A stretch of 64,000 nt of DNA from an archaeon. GTDB lineage: Archaea; Thermoplasmatota; Thermoplasmata; JAJSAE01. The first letter of the stretch is position 1. Each line of letters begins with the position of its first letter. Both the position numbers and the translations under genes were made by a program. The notes under the pieces are model-generated. The model was not told where the DNA came from, ran no database searches, and saw nothing but the letters and a program-made list of their open reading frames with translations. Shown in pieces: positions 12,001 to 18,994 of the stretch. Location: positions 4,222-68,221 of the forward strand of contig JAJSAE010000075.1 of the NCBI GenBank assembly GCA_024281315.1, read 5' to 3'.

Positions 12001-12602
12001 CTCTGGTGGAGCACAGCCCTGTTACGGTATATGCCATATCCAAGGTGAAGCCAAATACGCGCCCGGCCCAGATTCTGGACCTGAATATCGAACCGGAATA
12101 CGCCGTGGCCATTCTCGAGCAGGGCAGTGGGAACATAAGTGCCTCCTCGCTGAATTACAGGGTTCGTGTGGTGAATAACGGCAATATGAAGGACACATTT
12201 ACCCTAACCATATCAAATAAGAACGATTTAAGATCTCAGGGTTGGGATGCCGTTCTCATAGATCCTGTAACCCGTGCCGAAACCTCCGAAGCCATCGTTG
12301 ATGTGGATGCCCTCCAGGGTGCGGATATTACGATAATACTGAAGCCCATACAGACCTATCCGGCAGTTACCGCACCGGTCATACTCTATGCGGAGTCGGT
12401 GAACCACAATGTATCTTCGACCCATTCCCTCTCTCTTACTCTACCCGATCTGGCACCCTCCAGGAATTCCTTCAGTATAAGCGGGGAGGCGGTCAGTATG
12501 GTGGCCCCAGATTATTTGACCACTACTATGACACAAGTGGCCCTGCTTATAGTTCTAGCGGTGGCTGCCGTTTACCTTGCCAGAAAGAAGGGGGTGTTCT
12601 GA
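6021..12602 (+). CDS. aglB: AglB/STT3 archaeal oligosaccharyltransferase with a giant C-terminal beta-sandwich repeat extension and C-terminal TM anchor
   Basis: 2193-aa uninterrupted ORF. The N-terminal ~600 aa are multi-TM with the WWDYG motif (FVSWWDYGFE, about nt 7816). Downstream are tandem CarboxypepD_reg-like and CARDB/NEW3-like modules. The terminal hydrophobic helix (VALLIVLAVAAVYLARKKGVF) is followed by a TGA stop. Confidence 0.85.
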   Translation: MIIMAKMPKIRADKESKTVEKGHRPPFAGPVSQWLADNWGTLLLMLTIVGIAFFLRTYFGFGPATQNGFLVSGGSDSYYHKRIIDYALSTGHQLFQDPLINYPLSTRNPRPPLFVWSSVILGYIFSPLVGSVDVATWYAFLFNTAFWGSLTVIPVYFITKESFGKKAGFIAAFLLAIMPGHIERSVFSNADHDAMVQFFVVLSFFFLLKALKTINGSRWVKDWKKKDNVIDGLKSYFAANRTSLLYSMMAALSLSAIAMIWKGFSYVVVIILVYYLVDLIISRFKNRDTLGSTMVLAVSLSMFFLLIFPIYLNAHIVKTWYDVPLLMFLGLLFIGVIFTVTRDYPWTLVFGIFLIVMSLGYLIFMVLLPSIGEAILSGQGYLVQSKLYTTISEAQAPGFSHLAMSFGMVSFYLAFIGIAWAAIKIPKKASADFIFVVVWVAVAIYMATSAGRFVFNASPAFAIASGWILAMVIEALHLPEIKRNSRGFDWKHPWPTIKKAIKVRHVMGVIFVAFMIILPNVWFAVDAGIPYEVKRTYDNQINATLPSFIASPNRPANSMWYLGAFGYSLPLNSNYWPAAWRWFSSQDANIYPEADRPAFVSWWDYGFEAAQEGHHPTVADNFQNGYQWAGNVITAQNESETIALFEGRIIETAVLYGEKPEGRTVMPNMNPITLEQISALMDKYGIDTQRVIDIINNPQNYVDVVLENPDVYGYYNYDLSPINAKYAMLKVELSKIGEQKEVWMYNELRELTGDSIQYFAIDSRLFPFDARSTGIFYAPVKLSDRRIDNGTRNPIDFYDIKAVDEYGKEHALNEQLDPKLKITSYQIHYKDMFYNSMLYRSYIGYSAQDLGQADDTSIPGLSGSLQQQRPMQAWNMSHFKLVYVTAYYNPYPSDQVRDHPEAWTAVSYNDAAKYQQEIKAGNMTGVVDMTPGSGLKQGVVFVKYYDGALINGTVKMDTGTPVPGVRVTVLDEYGIPHASTISDDAGRYSLVSVAGNITVVASVGDPNPLTKIGADLYATRIHVSEDQAMRVREDLNNDGVFDYNINQNLVITSGGLSGTVFWDMDGDNSRSAPDQTIGSGQLLLSYSNGTFEKTVNISADGLFAAAHLIPGNYQASLLMDGITIPSSTKIVVKEGETATVSVAVPTGHVDVLARNTQAQNMSVSVSLRNVTTGDIVGHITTDINGSGVIEPLLPGKYELSSSDTEYTFTPRLVSVSSGRHSEVNVTIYEGVNIAGVVTLNSRAVDDVTLFFNCRNMTYSDSVTVKNGIYSLYLPQGYIFDIYSFYVSGDSHYVYAGSVSTTTSISMDMALKPAYHISGVAHPPTSSTQGLRGGTIHFFSENSDIRAVTYVGGAYDVWLPAGSYDVYLGGPQISFTDRITVSGDMEYNLDTHYGFELYGWVWLDADNNGELGGSEILDGVPLSIINSRGIAAHAISNRSSYSVYLDPGDYTIRIDDPLYQNLSIPFKMPAINITRDIKVTLRNLTVSGHVTSDEGLPLSGIDISLLALDQHSSYHVTTDSEGYYTVDVRPNDYRLLIDQNVTTWIKYLYENTLSVPAGSHNLTEDITLSQLVYVGGNISNRPSENSSTVLRFIGKDSRNITVEGGVYATYLHPGDYSVEAVSTFNGVTYMNLSVMTVTLFSSSLHNISLKTTHKLEGSIEYGGQVLNRDITLHFTTNNGAWTTTVTPNGHYSIALPAGNYSISGEQRAVDIVNGVKRYVVYSTSDSVNLTSDMLHTISLSRELDNYTSFGVISGLNGLGVRAKLSFVALNETAMDLEAESGFDGSYSVSLAPGQYSLYVLRTEDNSADVTVFTQTTHANNMNISLKKGLQLRGSVLSDTASPLPNADISVSDSSGVLVRGAADSEASYFIYLPAGIYNLSAQGSVVEHGKQINFAGEKYVELFEPLRQDIALNRDVVYSSSIKWDSRQARTVKGGETVSYTFVVENTGNVKDTYEISASVPQGWSYEVTKKNVTLDFGEMNSTTVGITITTSNNSLVEHSPVTVYAISKVKPNTRPAQILDLNIEPEYAVAILEQGSGNISASSLNYRVRVVNNGNMKDTFTLTISNKNDLRSQGWDAVLIDPVTRAETSEAIVDVDALQGADITIILKPIQTYPAVTAPVILYAESVNHNVSSTHSLSLTLPDLAPSRNSFSISGEAVSMVAPDYLTTTMTQVALLIVLAVAAVYLARKKGVF
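8890..12470 (+). repeat. protein-level tandem beta-sandwich repeats (CarboxypepD_reg-like and two CARDB/NEW3-like modules) within AglB, rich in N-x-S/T sequons
   Basis: Recurrent signatures such as GxV.D..G.PL.GA.V, VTTDSEGYYTVDVRPNDYRL, VVENTGNVKDTYEISASVPQGWSYEV and VVNNGNMKDTFTLTISN. I counted about 30 N-x-S/T sequons in the last ~1100 aa. Confidence 0.55.
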
Positions 12603-13375
12603 TGAAGGTTTCTGCGGCTCTGATTGTTATAATGGCCCTGCTGATGGTGTCTATCGTTCCCACCGGCCATGTTTCCGCAGTCGGTGATGTATTCATACGA
12701 CTTGATGGGCCCACCGCCCTTGCTACGGGAAGTTCTCAGATGTACACGCTTACCATCTCCGGCGGCCCGGCCGAACAGGGAGGAAACTTCTCCTACAGCA
12801 TAAGTCTGAGCGGCCTTAATACCACGGGAGCATCCGTATCGCCTATGACGGGAAACAGCACATCCGGTACATTTTCGCTCAATATAACCGCCCCAGACAT
12901 ACCGCAGACTCTGAAAGTAATGATTAACGCCACCTCCAGCAATTCGGCCAAGTCCGTTACGGTTGAAAAGACCTTTTCCATACGGGTACTGCGCCCCATC
13001 GTTATTTCTCAGGGCATACTCAACTCAGGGGATGTGGAGGCCAAAAATGTTCTTGTGAAGTTCTATGTGGACGACATCTTCATCGGCAGCAAAGTGGTTG
13101 ATGTTCCCGCAAAATCCAATGTTACCGTAAACTATGACTGGATTGTGGTGAACGAGAAGCCGGGCGAACATCAGGTCAAAGTGGTTATGGATGCGCAAAA
13201 TGAACTGGTGGAGCTGTCAGAAGGTAACAATGTGGCTTACCATACCATTTACATAACGGGCGGCAACACAATGGGCACTGTTTTATGGGCGACAATCGGG
13301 GGTCTGTTAGTTCTGCTGTTTCTGCTGTACAGCATGAAAGGCAAGAAAAAGAAGTATGCCAGAAAATACAGGTAG
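12602..13375 (+). CDS. secreted CARDB-domain surface (glyco)protein with C-terminal TM anchor
   Basis: Signal peptide MKVSAALIVIMALLMVSIVPTGHVSA. CARDB hallmark (VLVKFYVDDIFIG...VNYDWIV...ELSEGNNVAY). Six N-x-S/T sequons. C-terminal TM plus KGKKKKYARKYR tail. The start overlaps the aglB stop (TGATG). TAG stop. Confidence 0.7.
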   Translation: MKVSAALIVIMALLMVSIVPTGHVSAVGDVFIRLDGPTALATGSSQMYTLTISGGPAEQGGNFSYSISLSGLNTTGASVSPMTGNSTSGTFSLNITAPDIPQTLKVMINATSSNSAKSVTVEKTFSIRVLRPIVISQGILNSGDVEAKNVLVKFYVDDIFIGSKVVDVPAKSNVTVNYDWIVVNEKPGEHQVKVVMDAQNELVELSEGNNVAYHTIYITGGNTMGTVLWATIGGLLVLLFLLYSMKGKKKKYARKYR

Positions 13376-13444
13376 GCAGATGTTTCAAAACTCTTTCCCT
13401 TCTTTTCTCTTATTAACGCTTCCCTGCAAATTCTTATAATCCTT
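13376..13444. terminator. convergent intergenic region with an oligo-T/pyrimidine-rich tract
   Basis: It lies between convergent genes. The T-rich run tttcccttcttttctcttatt is typical of archaeal oligo-T terminators. Confidence 0.25.
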
Positions 13445-14020
13445 TTAACCCTTTATAAGTTCTCTGGAGATCATATCGAAATATCTGGTTGCCCCCTCCT
13501 GAAGAAGCCTTTTTTTGAACGGAGGCAGAATCATATAACCGTGATTTTTGGAGAGGTCCAGCGGTTTTCTTTTGAACTCGTCTTCGTACATAAAGCCGTT
13601 TTTCTCGAAGAATCTCTCTGCGGAGTGGTTGAGAGGTTTGGCGATTATATAACCGGGCACCTGAAGACTTCCCAGCAGCAGAAGGCGAAAACCGATCTTT
13701 TTTTCTCTAAGCCCCTTTATGGTTTCAATGGAGCGCAGGACATATACGGGAGCCCCGTCCTTGGCATTCTCGTACCATTCTTCTATGAAAACCCATGAAA
13801 CAATGGTTCGCTCGTCTGCTGCAATTATAAGAATAGGCCTTGGAAACCGTCTCAGCCACGCCTTAAAGGCCTTGCGATAGTCGGTGATGCCTACTCCGCG
13901 GAAGAATTCGAATCCGTCGTCATCATTGTTCTCTCTGCACGGAATCTTGAAACGGTCCACCTCAGAGGCCTGCTCTATTTTTATGAAGTTATACTTCCCA
14001 CGGCTTGCCAGAACTTTCAC
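13445..14020 (-). CDS. GNAT-family N-acetyltransferase (putative)
   Basis: 191 aa. Motif A-like IKGLREKKIGFRLLLLG and motif B-like NHSAERFFEKNGF. Confidence 0.45.
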   Translation of the reverse strand: MKVLASRGKYNFIKIEQASEVDRFKIPCRENNDDDGFEFFRGVGITDYRKAFKAWLRRFPRPILIIAADERTIVSWVFIEEWYENAKDGAPVYVLRSIETIKGLREKKIGFRLLLLGSLQVPGYIIAKPLNHSAERFFEKNGFMYEDEFKRKPLDLSKNHGYMILPPFKKRLLQEGATRYFDMISRELIKG

Positions 14021-14062
14021 ACGAATCTCCTCTGAATAATAGGAAAAGGGTTTTTTTCCGGT

Positions 14063-14683
14063 TCAGTAGAGAATCCATATGCAGGCATTGTTCCTTAGAA
14101 CCATGTTCAGGTCGGTATTGGTGACACCTGCCTTTTCGAGGAGTATTGGTTTCCACTCGTCAGGGGCTATCTTTTTGGAACCGTCAGGGGCAACCGCAGC
14201 CAGTTGTGCGTACTTAAGCCTCTTCTTCGCCACTGTTATCCTTTCCGCCGCCGCTGCTCTGAAGGTCTGACATATAATACACTGGGTATCATTGACTCCG
14301 GGCTTTACGGTTGAGTTGTAGTAATCGGCAACCTCTTTGTGCACCCTCGCAAAATCTCCTATTCTCTTGGTGTACTCCTTCCAGCCGCGCTCGAACGGAC
14401 ATTTGTGTGTTACCATACAGTGGTTCGTTTTGGCCCGAACACTTTCGAATGTAGATATTATCGACTCCCCTTTTTCGAGAGATTCAACAAAATCCTCCCA
14501 TGTCTTATATTCCTCTTCAGGCATGCTCTTGGCCAATGAGGTGGCGAGGCTGATGAGATAGTTGTTCATTCCAGCAGCACCCTGCTTATCCGCAATGTCC
14601 TCAAGGAAGAGATAGGCAGCAACATCCACCAGTGGGTTCTCTTTTATTTCATATTCCTTATGTATCTCCCTTTCTTCTATCAT
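14063..14683 (-). CDS. hypothetical Cys-motif protein, paralogue A (possible V4R-like)
   Basis: 206 aa. Shares with the adjacent gene the motifs YNSTVK..(x).DTQCIICQTF and LRNNACIWIL versus YNNSVKDTAICNFCVIHQKF and LRNYACVFAIL. Its start overlaps the neighbour's stop (ATGA). Confidence 0.5.
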   Translation of the reverse strand: MIEEREIHKEYEIKENPLVDVAAYLFLEDIADKQGAAGMNNYLISLATSLAKSMPEEEYKTWEDFVESLEKGESIISTFESVRAKTNHCMVTHKCPFERGWKEYTKRIGDFARVHKEVADYYNSTVKPGVNDTQCIICQTFRAAAAERITVAKKRLKYAQLAAVAPDGSKKIAPDEWKPILLEKAGVTNTDLNMVLRNNACIWILY

Positions 14684-15312
14684 TCTTCCACCTCCTCTTC
14701 GCCCTTAAGCCTTGCACCTTTCATAAGAATGGCAAAGACGCAGGCATAGTTTCTCAGCAGGCTTCTGACATATTCCGGATTTATTCCTATTCTCTTCAGG
14801 CTATCCCTTGCAATCTTCGTCTCACCCTTAAATCCTCTGTCTGCCAGCTGCACGCATTCGAGGGGTTGGTCGGCTACGGTTATGTTCTTGGCTACCTCTT
14901 CTCTGAACTTCTGGTGGATTACGCAGAAGTTGCAGATTGCAGTATCCTTGACGCTGTTATTGTACTCCTCGGCCACAGCGGCATCGGCCTGCGGAACATC
15001 TCCCACACTGTATCTGACCCTTTGCATGGTAGGTTCAAAGACACAGGTTTTCAGAGCATATATGTAGCCCACCACATCTCCGTCGACATCCGTTACTGCC
15101 AGATCGGTCAGTGGGGTTACATCGCCCTCAATTGAGTATGCCGTCCTTCCTTCTCTCAGGGCCACATTGAACGAGGGCCAGCCCATATAGGCTTCCTTCC
15201 CCATCCTCATGGCCAGACTTTCTCCAACTCTTTCCCAGTACTGTATAGTACCTTCCACTCCTGCTTTTTCGCTCATATCCTGTATAAGCGAGACCAGAGC
15301 CACATCAAGCAT
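14680..15312 (-). CDS. hypothetical Cys-motif protein, paralogue B (possible V4R-like)
   Basis: 210 aa. Tandem duplicate of 14063-14683 with the same conserved Cys-containing motifs. Confidence 0.5.
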   Translation of the reverse strand: MLDVALVSLIQDMSEKAGVEGTIQYWERVGESLAMRMGKEAYMGWPSFNVALREGRTAYSIEGDVTPLTDLAVTDVDGDVVGYIYALKTCVFEPTMQRVRYSVGDVPQADAAVAEEYNNSVKDTAICNFCVIHQKFREEVAKNITVADQPLECVQLADRGFKGETKIARDSLKRIGINPEYVRSLLRNYACVFAILMKGARLKGEEEVEE

Positions 15313-15334
15313 TTATTCACCTCCTTTTTCCATG

Positions 15335-17335
15335 TTAATCACCTTTATCTTCTTTCTTCTCTTTTTTATTCTTCTTAATTCTTTTATATAGGGTTCGTCT
15401 GCCGCTCTGAACGGCGGTTGCCTCTCCCCTGTCTATAAGCATCTTTATCCCCATAAGGATATCAGTATATTTGATTCCCTTTGCCCCCCCTCTTATTCTG
15501 GCCATTGTGAGGCCGTTTTCTTCGGGCAGGATTTCTAAAATCTTTGTCAGTATCTCCTCATCGACATCTCCAATATCTTCCTCCGCTCTTTTTGCCGGCT
15601 CTTTTTTCAGCTCTTTGTCGCTATCTTTTCTGTTCTTTTTAGCTTTGACAGCCGCCTTTTCTTTATTCTTTGTTTCATCGGTTCCAGTGATTTTTTCGGG
15701 CTCCGGCGCGGGTGGCTTCTTTCTTTCCCCCTTCTTTGCTTTCGATTTCTTGGATTTTTTGCTCTTTTTCCCCCCGCCTTTTTCAGTCTTTTCAAGAACT
15801 GCCTTTTCTTGTCCCGTGCCCTTTTCTTCCGGGACCGCTCCCTTTTCGGAAACGGAAGGACTCTTTTCTACGCCCGGAACTTCTTTCGCTCTTTCCGTTA
15901 TTTCTCCTTCAGTTTTCCGCATTTCGGGAATCTCGGCCCTCTCTCCGGCAGGGCGGTAATATTTGATGGTCTTTCCTTTTTTCTTTTCGAATATGATTTT
16001 CTCATCTGCCAGCGCTTTAATCTTTTCTTTAAGCGTATCTTTATCCATAACTCCTGAGAGTTTTTTCGCCATGGCCGCGGCGCTCATCGCTTTCTCTTCT
16101 GTTTCCGGCACCGCATAATATATGAATTCGCTCTCTTCATCCAGTTCGCCCAGCCTTTTTCTGGAGGTAATGGTTTCCGTTACGCTCTCCGCTTTTTCTT
16201 CGAGACCTAGATGTTTTACGAGCATGTCTATTTTTGCCCCGTACAGCCCACCTTTCATCTCGCTCATCGCTTTCATGTTGTCAATTTCCTCACGGAGGCG
16301 CTCCTGTCCCTCTCCTATCTCTCTGAGCATTGATGCAAGCTCGTTCTTCTCTGTAGCCCCTATTTTGTCCTCGGTCAGCTTTTCCAGCTCTTTTTTGATG
16401 TCTGATATGGCAGAGTCATAGCGTAGATACATCTTCTTTTCAATGTCTCTGGCGGTCCGATCCATCTGCATTCCCTTTGCATTCAATTGCGCGGAGAGAG
16501 CGGCCACCAGCTGGTTTGTCTGGTTCACTCTCTTCTCCATCTGATCCACCTTCTCCAGAAGGAATGATGTTTTGTCCACCGTGTACTCCTGACTCTTAAT
16601 TTTTATCATGGCTCTGAAGTTTTTGGCCTTGTGATAAGGTATGTATTCCGTGAGTTTGTCCAGAAGAACATCGTATGTGGTCTGTATCTGTTTGGACGAA
16701 ATAAGCCCTTCGGACAGGCTTTTTGCGAGATTATTTGTGCGGATTCTCCGGTTGTTATCGAAACGGAAGAGTTCGCTACCACTGGTCATGAGCCTTACTT
16801 CTTCCAGAGTCTCAGTTATGACTCTCTCGAAATCCCCGGGTCCGAGGCTTTTCCAGAGTTCGCCGACAAGGTCGTCAAGTGTGGACTGATAGACGATTTC
16901 CAGGATATTCGGAGGAATTTTGGAGACATCGAGACTCTCACCGTATCCGACCTCGCTCATTATATCATCTATTTTGTTGTCTATCTTTTCGATGCTGCGT
17001 TCCACATTTTTTCTGTTTTTCTTTTCTTCCGCCTTCTCTGCTTCCATCTCGGTCTTCAGCCGCAGAAGGTGCTCTTCCCTGTTCTTAGTCTCTTCTTTGA
17101 TACTTTCTAACTCTTTTTTCACATCATTGAGATTTTTGAAGTACTCCTCGAACTGACTGTATATCGTATCAAGGCGCTCCAGCACCTCATCCTTCAGCTG
17201 CTTTATGGCATCCAATCCGTCTTCTTTCTGCTGGCTACTCTGGGAATACTCTTCGTTCTGGGGCCTTCCTTCCGTCTCTCCTACCGCATCTTTCATACAA
17301 AACTCCTCAGTTTCCGATCGAGTTCCGGAATCCAT
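15335..17335 (-). CDS. long coiled-coil protein with Lys-rich low-complexity linker and C-terminal winged-helix-like domain
   Basis: 666 aa with very high E/K content and heptad-like segments. KKSKKSKKSKAKKGERKK region, then a C-terminal LTMARIRGGAKGIKYTDILMGIKMLIDRGEA module. Its 5' end overlaps the roadblock gene's 3' end. Confidence 0.6.
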   Translation of the reverse strand: MDSGTRSETEEFCMKDAVGETEGRPQNEEYSQSSQQKEDGLDAIKQLKDEVLERLDTIYSQFEEYFKNLNDVKKELESIKEETKNREEHLLRLKTEMEAEKAEEKKNRKNVERSIEKIDNKIDDIMSEVGYGESLDVSKIPPNILEIVYQSTLDDLVGELWKSLGPGDFERVITETLEEVRLMTSGSELFRFDNNRRIRTNNLAKSLSEGLISSKQIQTTYDVLLDKLTEYIPYHKAKNFRAMIKIKSQEYTVDKTSFLLEKVDQMEKRVNQTNQLVAALSAQLNAKGMQMDRTARDIEKKMYLRYDSAISDIKKELEKLTEDKIGATEKNELASMLREIGEGQERLREEIDNMKAMSEMKGGLYGAKIDMLVKHLGLEEKAESVTETITSRKRLGELDEESEFIYYAVPETEEKAMSAAAMAKKLSGVMDKDTLKEKIKALADEKIIFEKKKGKTIKYYRPAGERAEIPEMRKTEGEITERAKEVPGVEKSPSVSEKGAVPEEKGTGQEKAVLEKTEKGGGKKSKKSKKSKAKKGERKKPPAPEPEKITGTDETKNKEKAAVKAKKNRKDSDKELKKEPAKRAEEDIGDVDEEILTKILEILPEENGLTMARIRGGAKGIKYTDILMGIKMLIDRGEATAVQSGRRTLYKRIKKNKKEKKEDKGD

Positions 17336-18087
17336 GTGTTAATACATTCGTCGGCGAGTATATCCCCTCTCAGCTTCCTAATATGATTTTCTATAACCTT
17401 TTCCATGAACATGGCCCACAGCCTGTCGGTCATGTACGCGGCGCTGGTCCCCATCTCGTTGAACGAAAGTGTGATAATTTCATCTACCTGCCCCACGCCC
17501 ACGGTTTCGGCCACTTTCTTCTTTATGAACTCCAGAATCTCCATGTTCTTCTTGTATTTTCGCGTATGTTTGAATTGTTCTACAAAGAGCTGGCGGCTCA
17601 GTCTTCTGAGTTCGTTGGCAACATCATCGGGTAGAGCTGCAAGGGTAGTGCTATCCATTCTTCTCAGTTCGAAAACATGTTTAAGTACCGCACTGCCGGT
17701 CAGAAGTCTTTTCACGGTTTCGTCCATATCGGTGGGGTCAACATCCTGTGCAAATAGAGAAGCCAGAAAGGCATTGTCCCCGATTCCGGTTATTATCAGC
17801 ACCCCTTCCTTATACTTCTCAATTGCAAGGGTCAGATTCTCGTTCTTCAGCTGTCCGCAGATATATGGTTTCTTCGCCTTCATCAGATTTAGCATAAAGA
17901 ACTGGGGCGGCGTCAGCTGCGGCGGTATGAGGGAGGCGAAAACTCTGCCATCAACGCCGATGAACATCAGTATGTCGATGTTGTTCTCTTCCCGCATATG
18001 CTTCAATTCCATGTTCAGCATGTGCTTTAGAAGAGTGACATCCTCTGCCTCGAGGGTCTTGTCCATCTTCTTAAGGGTTTTCTCCAT
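17293..18087 (-). CDS. Roadblock/LC7 (MglB-like) domain protein with C-terminal extension
   Basis: 264 aa. IDILMFIGVDGRVFASLIP...GVLIITGIGDNAFLASLF matches the Roadblock/LC7 pattern. Confidence 0.55.
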   Translation of the reverse strand: MEKTLKKMDKTLEAEDVTLLKHMLNMELKHMREENNIDILMFIGVDGRVFASLIPPQLTPPQFFMLNLMKAKKPYICGQLKNENLTLAIEKYKEGVLIITGIGDNAFLASLFAQDVDPTDMDETVKRLLTGSAVLKHVFELRRMDSTTLAALPDDVANELRRLSRQLFVEQFKHTRKYKKNMEILEFIKKKVAETVGVGQVDEIITLSFNEMGTSAAYMTDRLWAMFMEKVIENHIRKLRGDILADECINTWIPELDRKLRSFV

Positions 18088-18095
18088 TCTCTCAC

Positions 18096-18971
18096 CTACT
18101 TCAGGCCGTACGAGTCGAAGATTATTTGGAGTGCTTCCTCCGGCGAGTAGTCGTAGTTCCAGTTCTCTTTCATGGCCGTAATTCTCTCTATTACATACTC
18201 GGGAGCCTTGATGAATTTTGCCGTCTTTATGGCTTCGTCGAATATCTTGTCGTAGTCCTTCCCTTCTTCCTCCGTTTTTTCCACTGGATATGCCCTTACC
18301 ACAATACCGACTCCTCTGGAGAATATATAGGGATATACTCCTTCGCCATGCTGGGTTCCTCTCATCTTTATTATATTGAGAGTCCTGTTAAAAGCACCCC
18401 CAATGGGATAGTATTCCAGATGGAATACACCATCAGCCAGATATATCGGCAGAAGCACATCTTCTCCGATGGTCTCCCCAGGCTTGCTGTGTTCCTCAAC
18501 CGTAGCCATGACAACACCGAGTTCCTTCAGGGTGTAGAACAGTTTTCCGATGAGTTCTCTCTGTTCCAGTTTATTTTCGGTGGCCCATATGACCGGTGTC
18601 ATGGGGTCTATGACCACTCTCGTCTTTATGTCGTAATCGCTCCTTGCCTTCACCAACTGGGGCAGCTGCTCTTCTATCATCTTCTTGAAGTTTTTCCCCT
18701 TCAGGTGAATGAAGAACAGATTCTTTTCGTAGTGCTTTTCCATGTCCCAGCCCATCATCTTTGCCTCTTTCATTATCTGCTCGGGCGACTCTTCCATGGT
18801 TACATAGAGACCCTGTTCTCCGTTGTCAATACCGTGCATTAAGAACTGCATGGCAAAGGTGGTTTTTCCAGTCCCGCTGGACCCTACCACTACGATTGCA
18901 CTTTTATCTATCAGGCCCCCCTCTATCAACTGATCCAGGCCATATATTCCCGTTTTTATTCGCTCAACCAT
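18096..18971 (-). CDS. KaiC-like/RecA-superfamily ATPase (single domain)
   Basis: 291 aa. Walker A VVGSSGTGKTT, Walker B-like RVVIDPMT, overall KaiC/RadB-like layout. TAG stop immediately followed by an in-frame TGA. Confidence 0.75.
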   Translation of the reverse strand: MVERIKTGIYGLDQLIEGGLIDKSAIVVVGSSGTGKTTFAMQFLMHGIDNGEQGLYVTMEESPEQIMKEAKMMGWDMEKHYEKNLFFIHLKGKNFKKMIEEQLPQLVKARSDYDIKTRVVIDPMTPVIWATENKLEQRELIGKLFYTLKELGVVMATVEEHSKPGETIGEDVLLPIYLADGVFHLEYYPIGGAFNRTLNIIKMRGTQHGEGVYPYIFSRGVGIVVRAYPVEKTEEEGKDYDKIFDEAIKTAKFIKAPEYVIERITAMKENWNYDYSPEEALQIIFDSYGLK

Positions 18972-18994
18972 TCTCCTACCTCCTTTTATTAGTA

